Below are positions 1-7,997 of a stretch of DNA of 10,348 bases, in pieces. Each line of letters starts with the position of its first letter. The stretch's first letter is position 1. Location: positions 1 to 10,348 of the forward strand of contig NW_021827426.1 in NCBI RefSeq assembly GCF_006345805.1. Direction: 5' to 3'. The notes under the pieces were generated by a model, which was not told the DNA's origin, made no database searches, and saw nothing but the letters and a program-made list of their open reading frames with translations. The DNA comes from Octopus sinensis (taxonomy: Eukaryota). The position numbers and the translations under genes are program-made.

Positions 1-58
1 TTTTTGTTGTTGAGTATGTCACATGAATATCGTTATTATTCAATATGTCACCTGGGCA

Positions 59-330
59 TTGTTGTTGTTGTTGTTGTTGTTGATTGGTTGTGGTTCTTCT
101 CATTAGAATTAATGGTAACATCATCATTAATATAGTGGCAATATTAAGCAGGAAGATAAATGAGCAACGGCGGCAGCGTTGGCTCTTGTGGTGGTGGTGG
201 TAATGCCTATAATGGTGAAGATGGTTGTTAGACAATACTGATAATGTTGATGGTGATGATGTTGATAATCTTGTTGTTGTTGTTGGTGGTGGTGGTGGTG
301 TGGTGATGATGGTGAGGATGAAGAAGATGT
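59..330. repeat. Trinucleotide low-complexity tract: (TTG)n at 59-82, then mixed GTT/GGT/GAT runs
   Basis: Read directly: (TTG)8 at 59-82; TTG/GGT/GAT runs around 188-201 and 250-330. Confidence 0.85.
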
Positions 331-386
331 TGACTTTATTTCTTCTTTTTACAAAGACAGGTCTCGTATTTATTAAGGAGTGAGAG

Positions 387-419
387 TATATATATATATT
401 CACACACATATATATGTAC

Positions 420-457
<38 letters not shown>

Positions 458-592
458 CACACATATATAATCATACATATATGCATACATACATATGTAC
501 TTATGTATGTATGTATGTATATATGTATGTATGTATGGTATTTATGTATGTATGTATGTATGTATGTAGTTGTGTTTGTGTGTGTATGTGTG
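387..592. repeat. Compound microsatellite (TA)n / (CATA)n / (TATG)n / (TG)n
   Basis: Read directly; it generates the YIYI/MYVC ORFs in the track. Confidence 0.95.
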
Positions 593-684
593 TATTTCTG
601 CATAAAATTTTCTTTCTGAGAGCTTTTGCCCATCAAACTTGTCAACAAGGAATGCATTGATGTGAAATTAACAAAGCATATGTA

Positions 685-687
<3 letters not shown>

Positions 688-737
<50 letters not shown>
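688..737. repeat. (AC)25 microsatellite
   Basis: Uninterrupted AC run 688-737. Confidence 0.97.
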
Positions 738-738
<1 letters not shown>

Positions 739-917
739 AACATACACACATACATATACACACCCTCTTAGAGAGCTATTCTGTCTTGTCACTCTCTCTC
801 TCTCCTCATCTCCATCCAAAGCACCCACCTTCCCCAACCCGTTCCTGCCTCTTCCTTTTACCTTTTTAGTTTCTACCTTGCTTTGAAGAAATACAGCTGC
901 TTCTTACCTTTTCATGT

Positions 918-1466
918 TTGGTGGGGTGGGGTGGGGTGGGGTGAGGTGGTGGTGGTGGTAGGGGTGTTGAATAGTTGGATTGTTGTTGGATGTTGGTGGT
1001 GATGGTAGGTGTGTGTGTGTGTTAGTTGGTGAGGTTGTATGTGTGGTGGTGGTGGTGGTGGTGATGGTGGTGGTGGTGGTGGTGGTGGTGATGGTGGTAG
1101 TAGTAGTGGTCCTCATAAATGGTTAAATTGGTGATGGAGGTGTGTGAATGGTTTAGTGGTAAGTTGTGGTTGGGGTGGTAGTGCATTATAGTGTGATGGC
1201 AGTGTGGAAGAAGTAGCAGCAGTAGCAGTGGTGGTGGTGGTAGTGTATGATGGTTGTGGTGATAGCAATGGTATGTGATAGTTGATGATGAGGGTGGTAG
1301 CGATAATAGTTGGTAATAGTAGTGGTGGTAGCACTGGTGGTGATAGTGGCATTGGTAATGGTGGTAGTGGTGGTAGTAATGGTTGTGTTGGTGGTGGTGG
1401 TGGTGGTGGCAGCGTCAGCAGCAGCACCAGCAGCAGCAGCAACAGCAGCAATGGTAGTTGTGATGT
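918..1466. repeat. G/T-skewed low-complexity tract of (GGT)n, (GTA)n and (GCA)n
   Basis: Long GGT runs (about 1044-1098 and 1389-1409), GTA/GAT variants and a (CAG)-like run at 1410-1450. Confidence 0.9.
923..941 (+). other. Putative G-quadruplex motif (GGGGT)3GGGG
   Basis: Four G4 runs at 923-926, 928-931, 933-936 and 938-941 with 1-nt loops. Folding in vivo is not shown. Confidence 0.6.
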
Positions 1467-1667
1467 GTGATGGTTTATGATGTTATCTTTTGCAGCTTCC
1501 AAATTCTTAAGAAATATCATCCTAGAAATATTTCCATTCAATTTTTAAATTTCATTTCACTCCCTTATTCTCCAAAACCTTACTCCACCCACCCCCCCCC
1601 CCCCACTTCTGTATTCTTTAAAATTCAAGTTATTTTTTTTCTCTTTTGATTTCTCAATCTTCTACAC

Positions 1668-1725
1668 AATAATAATATAATAATAATAATAAATAATAAT
1701 AATAATAATAATAATTTTTTTTTTT
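1668..1725. repeat. (AAT)n microsatellite followed by a poly-T run
   Basis: Read directly. Confidence 0.9.
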
Positions 1726-1844
1726 CCTCTATAAAATCTTATTTTTCTTCTTTTCTATGTTTTTGTCTAACTACTGTTTTTCTTTTTGATTTTTGCCTTC
1801 TCTGTTTTTTTATTTTTCCCCTCAATATTTGTCGACGGATTTAG

Positions 1845-1865
1845 TTTGAAAGTGAACAGCTTTCG
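1845..1865 (+). other. Candidate 21-nt microexon (speculative)
   Basis: First AG (1843-1844) after about 210 nt without AG; CTAAC branch-like motif at 1767-1771; long pyrimidine tract; donor TCG|GTAAAC at 1866; length divisible by 3. Confidence 0.2.
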
Positions 1866-1967
1866 GTAAACACTGGTGAATAATTGTAGTTAACATTGTG
1901 ATCATTGTACAGTTTACAACAAGGCTGTGTAGTGAACAGTGTAAGAATCTTAAATTAACATAGTGAA

Positions 1968-2085
1968 CCTTAGACAAAATGTCTTCTATAGCCCCAGGCC
2001 AATCAAAGACTTGTAAATGGATTTGGAAGTTAGAAACTAGAAGTAAATTGTTATGTGTATGTGTGTGTGTTGTGTGTGTGTGTTT
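1968..2085 (+). mobile_element. Degenerate middle fragment of SINE family A running into its internal TG microsatellite
   Basis: CCTTAGACAAAATGTCTTCTA..GCCCCAGGCCAATCAAAGACTTGTAAATGGATTTGG..GAAACT aligns by eye to 8864-8945 (CCTTGGGAAAGTGTCTTCTA..GCCTCGGGCCGACCAAAGTGCTTGTGAGTGGATTTGG..GAAACT). Confidence 0.7.
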
Positions 2086-2173
2086 ATACATGGGGATTCA
2101 AAAGTTGGCATACATAAGAACAATTTATTTTTTGTATAAGAAACAGTTTTTTCATTTAACTTTTTCTTATAAA

Positions 2174-2283
2174 GGCTTCTTATAGTAGAAGCCACTTAAC
2201 CCAAAGTGTCACACAGTGGGACTGAACCAGGAACCATGTGGTTGGGAAGCAAGCTTCTTACCACACAGCCACACCTGTACCTA
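2174..2283 (-). mobile_element. SINE family A 5' tRNA-like head with an apparent internal deletion
   Basis: Reverse complement TAGGTACAGGTGTGGCTGTGTGGTAAGAAGCTTGCTTCCCAACCACATGGTTCCTGGTTCAGTCCCACTG matches 4725-4797 and 8797-8887; A box TGGCTGTGTGG and B box GGTTCAGTCCC present. Confidence 0.9.
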
Positions 2284-2299
2284 TCTACACAACCACACC

Positions 2300-2335
<36 letters not shown>

Positions 2336-2529
2336 TGTCTATGTGGTACTACATGCACTGGACTTGCCCAAGCTGAAGCAACGATCATTGAATTTGTTGA
2401 TAAGTTTCATACTTGTGTCATTTGATAAATATATCCTCTGTTCCCTACAATATTGAGTTCTACCTCTTTTCTTGTCCACACATGATTTATGTGTGTGTGT
2501 GTGTGTGTGTGTGTGGTATGACTATATGT

Positions 2530-2690
2530 ATTCCCATGTCTTGACAGTGTGTAATTGTTGTAAATGAATGCCATTTGTTTCCAATGTTCTGCAAAAACAT
2601 GTCTGGCCACAAAGAAATATTACCTTGCTGCGAAAACAGGGGGAGGTTGGCAACAGGAAAGGCATCCGGCCATAGAAAGTCTTCAATAAA
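2530..2690 (+). mobile_element. Retroposon fragment related to family C (shared GGTTGGC..AGGAA.GGCATCC motif)
   Basis: GGTTGGCAACAGGAAAGGCATCCGGCCATAGAAA from 2645 resembles GGTTGGCATTAGGAAGGGCATCCAAGCTGTAGAAA from 5932. Boundaries are approximate. Confidence 0.45.
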
Positions 2691-2907
2691 TGGTGAGGTG
2701 CTGTGACCACCAATTTGTTGAGAGTGAGATTGCAGGTTGTTCTTGATGTTGTTGTATAGCCTCATGTCAACCATGACCCAGTAGACTTGCGATCATGGGT
2801 CGTTCCGGCCATGACCATCTCGTGGCAATTCATCCCACGACCAAATGGAGTGTGTTTGTGTGTGTGCGTGCATGCGTGTGTAAGAAATCTCAGAGTTCAG
2901 CCTTTAA

Positions 2908-3938
2908 CCCTTTCGTTACCAAACCGCCCAAAGCCGCCCGAAAAAAATTTTGGTTAATGTAACCAAACCACCCAAACCCAAATGAGAATATCAGAGCAAA
3001 TCTCTTTAGTACATTCATGAAAACACGTGATTATACTTCGTAAACAGTTCATCTACAGTTTTGTACAACAATCGAAGTGTAATTTTAATTCCGTGAATTT
3101 TGGGAGATTTTTTTCCGAAATTTGTCCCTATTGTGTTTTCAAAATTTGTAATTCTGACAAAAAATGGATACGAATTTCATTATATCAAGCAGCGAGTCAG
3201 AATTCGAAGGATTTTCTACTGAAGACCTTCATAAATCTAACTTTATGACTGAAAAAAAGCACTTGGTATTTGATAATGAATCTGATGTTTCATTTTCCGA
3301 AAGTGAAAACAGTGAATCCGAGAGCTCCGACTGCAATAAAGAAAATGAATTGGCACCTGAATGGAGTGAAAATTTAAAAACTGTTTCTTTCGGTGATTTT
3401 TTTCTGAAGAAACTGGACCAAGCCACAGACTTTCTCAGGAGAGTAAAGTGATAGACTATTTCTTTTTACTTTTGCCGATGAGTCTATTTGAAATCATTAC
3501 GGCGGAAACGAACCATTACACTAAATGTAAACAGCGAAAGAAAGGATAGTTAGTGGTTTCCCACAACCTTAAATGAAATTAAGACTATTTTGCCATAAAT
3601 ATTATGGGTATCAGAAAGTTACCCAGAATAACAAATTCTATCGTAAAATTTTGTTGTATATACCCAATTGAATATTAGCGATGTTTGAACAAAATTTTAA
3701 TAATTTTATATTTTGTTGAATTTACCTGTATCTACCTGCAATTAGAGTCACTTTGTGACAAAATTATAGTATATTGGTTGAGAACATTTCATTAAATTAT
3801 TCTTCCAAACATCAGATTATATTGATAATAAAAAAGTTATAGTTGTTTAATGAAACCAGACTAAATTTATGATTATGTTAGAAATTAATTGAAACACATA
3901 AGGGGTGTATTTTGGTCAGAAATATAGTAAAGAAAGGG
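2908..3938 (+). mobile_element. Non-autonomous, internally deleted piggyBac DNA transposon (1031 bp)
   Basis: TTAA at 2904-2907 and 3939-3942; TIRs CCCTTTCGTTACC (2908-2920) and AGTAAAGAAAGGG (3926-3938; reverse complement CCCTTTCTTTACT, 11/13 match); CCC...GGG termini; contains a transposase remnant. Confidence 0.92.
3164..3640 (+). pseudogene. piggyBac transposase N-terminal remnant (frameshifted, truncated before the catalytic core)
   Basis: ATG at 3164, acidic N-terminus (SSSESEFEGFSTED...SESESSD...WSE). Frameshift in the T run 3397-3403 gives SEETGPSHRLSQESKVIDYFFLLLPMSLFEIITAETNHY; shift near 3550 gives WFPTTLNEIK; shift near 3582 gives YFAINIMGIRKLPRITN. These match the piggyBac/PGBD pattern GP...DYF.L....II..ETN.YA...W.PTT..EIKA......MG..KLP (recognised from memory, no search run). 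Confidence 0.85.
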
Positions 3939-4087
3939 TTAACAGGCTTATTACTCCTGCCACCACCTCTACCACTCCCACCAGCACAACCACCACCATC
4001 ACCATAGCCACTGCCTTCACTTATTCTGCTAATACTTCCTATCTTCCCTCCTTCCCTTCCTCATTCCTTCATCCTCTATGTTCATTC

Positions 4088-4127
4088 GTGTGTGTGTGTG
4101 TGTATGTGTGTGTGTGTGTGTGGTATG

Positions 4128-4189
<62 letters not shown>
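4088..4189. repeat. Interrupted (TG)n microsatellite, about 100 bp
   Basis: Read directly. Confidence 0.95.
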
Positions 4190-4191
<2 letters not shown>

Positions 4192-4284
4192 TAGCATTCA
4201 TTCTCCATGCAGTGCCTCGTGCATGCCTATGCATTTGTAGAAATGTGCATGAGAGTGTGTGTCTATGCATTAATGTATGTGTAT

Positions 4285-4400
4285 GAGAGAGAGAGAGAGA
4301 GAGAGGAGAGAAAGGGGGAGAGTGTGTTGTTAGGTAAGGTAAGAAAGTGATGACTTCTTTTGTAAATGAGCTGTCTTGTCAGCTACAGGTGATACTAGGG

Positions 4401-4440
<40 letters not shown>
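4285..4440. repeat. (GA)n at 4285-4320 and (TG)n at 4402-4440
   Basis: Two separate simple repeats read directly. Confidence 0.9.
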
Positions 4441-4552
4441 CATTGTGACTGTTGGGTATTTATTTAGACATTGAGGATTGCGGTGGTGCTGGTGGTAGTT
4501 AGGTGGGTTGTTCGGGAATGATGTACATTTATACATTCACTGCAGTATCTGC

Positions 4553-4722
4553 ATGTATATGTATGTATGTATGTATGCATGTATGTATCTATCTATCTAT
4601 CTATCTTTCTACCTACATATTTGTCTATCTGTGTATCTATTTAGCTATGTATATATTATATATATATATATATGTATATATATGTGTGTGTGTGTGTGTG
4701 TTGTGTGTGTGTGTGTATGTAT
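4553..4722. repeat. Compound microsatellite (TATG)n-(TATC)n-(TA)n-(TG)n
   Basis: Read directly. Confidence 0.92.
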
Positions 4723-4724
4723 GT

Positions 4725-4797
4725 TAGGTGCAGGAGTGGCTGTGTGGTAAGTAGCTTGCTTACAAACCACATGGTTCTGGGTTCAGTCCCAGTGTGT
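4725..4797 (+). mobile_element. SINE family A tRNA-like head only (3' truncated)
   Basis: A box TGGCTGTGTGG 4737-4747 and B box GGTTCAGTCCC 4780-4790; near-identical to 8799-8855. Confidence 0.88.
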
Positions 4798-4805
4798 TTG
4801 TACAT

Positions 4806-4997
4806 TTTTTTTTACTTGTTTCAGTCATTTGACTGTGGCCATGCTACAGCACCGCCTTTAGTCGAAATAATCCCCTCCCTCCACCGAACTTATTGTTTGT
4901 ATGTCTAGTACTTATTCTATCTGTCTCTTTTGCTGACATAAAACACACCAAGATCAGCTGTCAAACGATGGGTGGGGGGATAAACACAGACACACAA

Positions 4998-5036
<39 letters not shown>

Positions 5037-5049
5037 ATGGGCTTCTTTT
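4806..5049 (-). mobile_element. SINE family A 3' half (internal microsatellite, body and A-rich tail), 5' truncated
   Basis: Reverse complement ends GACTAAAGGCGGTGCTGTAGCATGGCCACAGTCAAATGACTGAAACAAGTAAAA, matching 9132-9185; it begins AAAAGAAGCCCATTATATA, matching AAAGAAGCCTGTCATATA from 8939. Confidence 0.9.
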
Positions 5050-5054
5050 GCAAT

Positions 5055-5244
5055 CATGGGTACTGCCAGTGTCAGGTAAATGGCACCCATATGCCGGTGG
5101 CACATAAATAGCACTGATTACACTCTTCGAATGGTTGGTATTAGGAAGAGAATCCAGTACAGCTCTCTGACTTACCAGTTCCAGTCAAACTGTCTAACCC
5201 ATGCCAGCATGGACAACGGACGCTAAATAATGATGATGATGATG
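5055..5244 (+). mobile_element. Family C retroposon, short copy (about 1.5 internal units, internal deletion, (GAT)n tail)
   Basis: TGCCGGTGGCACATAAATAGCAC, TGGTTGGTATTAGGAAG, hairpin CCATGCCAGCATGG 5199-5212 and ATGATGATG tail; aligns to 5890-6075. Confidence 0.85.
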
Positions 5245-5281
5245 GTATATACATGTATATACATATATATATAATATATAT

Positions 5282-5577
5282 CACGTGACCGACCAGTCCA
5301 TCAGATGTAGTTACACATCGCTGGTCACAATGCGTTCGCATTGTTTTAGCCTTCGAATGACGCCACCCCGCTGGCTAAGCGAGCAGGCCAACAGAAGAAA
5401 GAGTGGGAGAAAGAGTGGTGAAAGAGTACAGCAGGGATCACCACCCCCTGCCGGAGCCTCGTGGAGCTTTTAGGTGTTTTCGCTCAATAAACACTCACAA
5501 CACCCGATCTGGGAACCGAAACCGCGATCCTACGACCGCGAGTCCGCTGCCCTAACCACTAGGCCATTGTGCCTCCA
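5282..5577 (-). mobile_element. tRNA-derived SINE with tRNA-Arg-like head, CpG-rich and apparently young
   Basis: Minus strand GGAGGCACAATGGCCTAGTGGTTAGGGCAGCGGACTCGCGGTCGTAGGATCGCGGTTTCGGTTCCC; A box at 5556-5566, B-box-like motif at 5511-5523; about 20 CpG in ~300 bp; non-tRNA body follows. Resembles octopus OR-type SINEs (from memory). Confidence 0.82.
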
Positions 5578-5599
5578 CTTATAATATATATATATATAT

Positions 5600-6075
5600 G
5601 AAATTGAAATCAAATTCGATGACTGGCAACCGTGCTAGTGAAGCGCTAAGAGTACCATACGAGAGATCATTGCCAGAGCAACAAGCTGGCCTCCATGCCG
5701 ATGGCACGTAAAAAACACAATTCGAGCGTGATCATTACATGCATCGCCTTACTGGCACTTGTGCTGGTGGCACGTGAAAAAACATTCGAGTGAGGTCGTT
5801 GCCAGTGCCAATGGACTGGCTCCTGTGCAGGTGGCACATAAAAAGCACCATTTGAGCATGGCTGTCACCAGTACCACCCGACTGGCCCTCGTGCCGGTGG
5901 CACATAAAAGCACCCACTACACTCTCGGAGTGGTTGGCATTAGGAAGGGCATCCAAGCTGTAGAAACCCTGCCAGATCAGATTGGAGTCTGGTGCAGCCA
6001 TCTGGTCCGCCAGACCTCAGTCAAATCGTCCAACCCATGCTAGCATGGAAAGCAGACGTTAAACGATGATGATGA
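5600..6075 (+). mobile_element. Family C retroposon, most complete copy, with four diverged 63-66-bp internal units plus a partial unit and (GAT)n tail
   Basis: Units start at 5633, 5696, 5762, 5826 and 5892 (TGCCGGTGGCACRTAAAAAGCACC-like); palindrome CCATGCTAGCATGG 6035-6048; GATGATGATGAT tail. Confidence 0.88.
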
Positions 6076-6475
6076 TATATATAATATATACATACACATT
6101 TGTATGAATGTTGCTGTACATACACAGCCAGTGAAATGCACATTTACGTGTTCACATGTGCACATTTATACACATACACAAACACACACATATATATATA
6201 TAAATGTATATATGTATATACACATACACATACACCTGTAGGAGGTGTAAATAACAGGTTGTGAAAGACTTTGGGGATGGGGTGTGAGTTGTGTAGGCAG
6301 TGGCTGGTTTTTTTATTGTTGTCGACAATGGGTTTGTGGTCACGGTTGGGAGAGCTCAGTGGGGTGATGGTATAAGCTCTGGGTACCTGTGTACGGAGTG
6401 GGGTGGGGGGAAAGGAACGATGGTGTCTGTCGCAGGTAAAGCAGGGTGTCTTGTGACTACTGGCGCAGATACAGT

Positions 6476-6500
6476 GGGTGGGTGGCTGGGTGATTATGGG
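6476..6500 (+). other. Putative G-quadruplex motif
   Basis: GGG-T-GGG-TGGCT-GGG-TGATTAT-GGG matches G3N1-7 x4. Confidence 0.5.
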
Positions 6501-6895
6501 TAGGTTTGATCCTCCTATTTTGACTTCAAGGCACATGCCTGGCACATGTCTTTAGCTGATTAGCTGACTGCTGTCCACCCCCACCCCACACCCCACACAG
6601 ACAGACAGGTGCTTGACAACAGGTCTTTTCTTGTCATTTTAACTGTTGCTTATTGTTCTGGTTTTTTTGTTGTTTTACATCTGTTTTGTGGTATTTACTT
6701 GTTTTGTGTCATGTTACCTGCTTGTGTGTATATACACATGTATGTTTGTGACTGTGTGTGTGCACTTGAGTCGGTGTAAACATATACACCTCTAAGTATG
6801 CGGAAATGTTATGATTTGGTTAATGTTTTTGTTTTTTTTAGTTATTTTGTAGTTTCACTTTAACATAGGTTATGTGTGTGTGTGTGTGTGTGTCA

Positions 6896-7026
6896 AAAGA
6901 AACTATGCCCAGAGGTAACATTGGAACCCGATGCAACTCTGCAGATTGTTGAACCCTGTGAAATTGTTCAACCCATACCAGCATGGAAAACAAGCATTAA
7001 AATATGTTGATGGTCATGATGATGAT
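6896..7026 (+). mobile_element. Old, degenerate 3' tail of family C
   Basis: AAATTGTTCAACCCATACCAGCATGGAAAA...ATGATGATGAT aligns to AAATCGTCCAACCCATGCTAGCATGGAAAG...GATGATGAT (6023-6075). 5' boundary approximate. Confidence 0.7.
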
Positions 7027-7099
7027 TTGTGAGAGCATGTGTGTGTATGGATATGTACATATGTATAATTTATATGTGTGTGTGTGTGTTTGTATGTGA

Positions 7100-7427
7100 G
7101 GGCACATGGCTCAGTGGTCAGAATGCCAAACTTACGACCGTGAGGTTGTGAGTTCGAATCCTGGACCGGGTTGTGTGTTGTGTACTTGAGCAAGACACTT
7201 TATTTCACATTGCTCCAGTTCACTCAGCTGTAGAAATGAGTTGCGATGTCACTGGTGCCAAGCTGGCCTTTGCCTTTCCCTTGGATAACACTGGTGGCAT
7301 GGAGAGGGGAGGCTGGTATGCATGGACGACTGCTGGTCTTCCATAAACAACCTGCCTGGACTTGTGCCTTGGAGAGTAACTTTCTTGGTGCAATCCCATG
7401 GTCATTCATGACCTATGGGGGTCTCCG
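7100..7427 (+). mobile_element. tRNA-derived SINE with CORE-like central domain
   Basis: A box TGGCTCAGTGG 7107-7117 and B box GTTCGAATCC 7152-7161; 7172-7241 (TGTACTTGAGCAAGACACTTTATTTCACATTGCTCCAGTTCACTCAGCTGTAGAAATGAG) aligns by eye to the MIR core as I recall it (GTGACCTTGGGCAAGTTACTTAAC...CAGTTTCCTCATCTGTAAAATGGG). 3' end approximate. Confidence 0.8.
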
Positions 7428-7606
7428 ATTCAATATATACATATATGTGTATTATTCTTATGGTATTGTCTTACTTATTGATGTATATTGTTTTATTTTG
7501 TTGGATTTGGATGTTCCTATTTATGCAGTTAATAAATAATATGAATTGGTAATATCTGTAAGTTGATGATTGAAATGAATCTGTTCCTCCATTTTCTTAT
7601 TTGTAT

Positions 7607-7611
<5 letters not shown>

Positions 7612-7645
<34 letters not shown>
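7612..7645. repeat. (TA)17 microsatellite
   Basis: Read directly. Confidence 0.95.
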
Positions 7646-7646
<1 letters not shown>

Positions 7647-7997
7647 CCTCGTCTGGCACCTGTGTCGGTTGGCACTAACAAAACACCATCCGAGCGTGGC
7701 CGTCTGCCAGCCTCGTCTGGCACCTGTGTCGGTGGCACATAAAACACCATCCGAGCGTGGCCGTCTGCCACCTCGTCTGGCACCTGTGTCGTTGGCACAT
7801 AAAAAAACCCATCCGAGCGTGGCCGTCTGCCAGCCTCGTCTGGCACCGTGTGTCGGTGGCACATAAAAAACACCATCCGAGCGTGGCCGTCTGCCAGCCT
7901 CGTCTGGCACTGTGTCGGTGGCACATAAAAAACACCTCGCGAGCGTGGCCGTCTGCCAGCCTCGTCTGGCACCTGTGTCGGTGGCACATAAAATCAC
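7645..7997 (+). repeat. Tandem minisatellite: five full 61-64-bp units plus one partial unit
   Basis: Unit AGCCTCGTCTGGCACCTGTGTCGGTGGCACATAAAAAACACCATCCGAGCGTGGCCGTCTGCC starts at 7645, 7709, 7770, 7832, 7896 and 7958 (partial); near-identical units with no unique spacers. Confidence 0.95.

Noticed and set aside
340-386. Possible 19-nt exon (CAG|361-379|GTGAGA)
   Set aside because: Length not divisible by 3 and no supporting context; signals of this strength occur by chance.
380-1541. ORFs rich in YI, HT, CV, T, G/S or P/L
   Set aside because: Direct translations of TA, CA, TATG and GGT repeats; no non-repetitive domain.
2760-2830. Short CCATGA/TCATGG hairpin in a possible further repeat fragment
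   Set aside because: Only a 6-bp stem and no second copy in the window to define it.
3229-3426. 65-aa minus-strand ORF and 73-aa ORF at 3027-3248 inside the piggyBac element
   Set aside because: Shadow frames of the transposase remnant with no independent support.
4331-4345. Strong isolated donor-like motifs here, at 901-910 (minus), 9401 and 9536
   Set aside because: No plausible acceptor or open exon upstream; flanks are microsatellite or low complexity.
6144-6545. 133-aa minus-strand ORF
   Set aside because: No recognisable domain, C-terminus runs into microsatellite, and such ORFs arise readily on the stop-poor complement of G/T-rich DNA.
7100-7170. Possible tRNA genes here and at 5511-5577, 4725-4797 and 8797-8860
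   Set aside because: A/B boxes are present but acceptor and anticodon stems do not close properly and each continues into a SINE body or matches other copies; treated as SINE heads.
7645-7997. CRISPR-like array of regularly spaced repeats with hairpins
   Set aside because: Units are contiguous and near-identical with no unique spacers, no cas genes, eukaryotic context, and the unit is part of a retroposon found elsewhere in the window.
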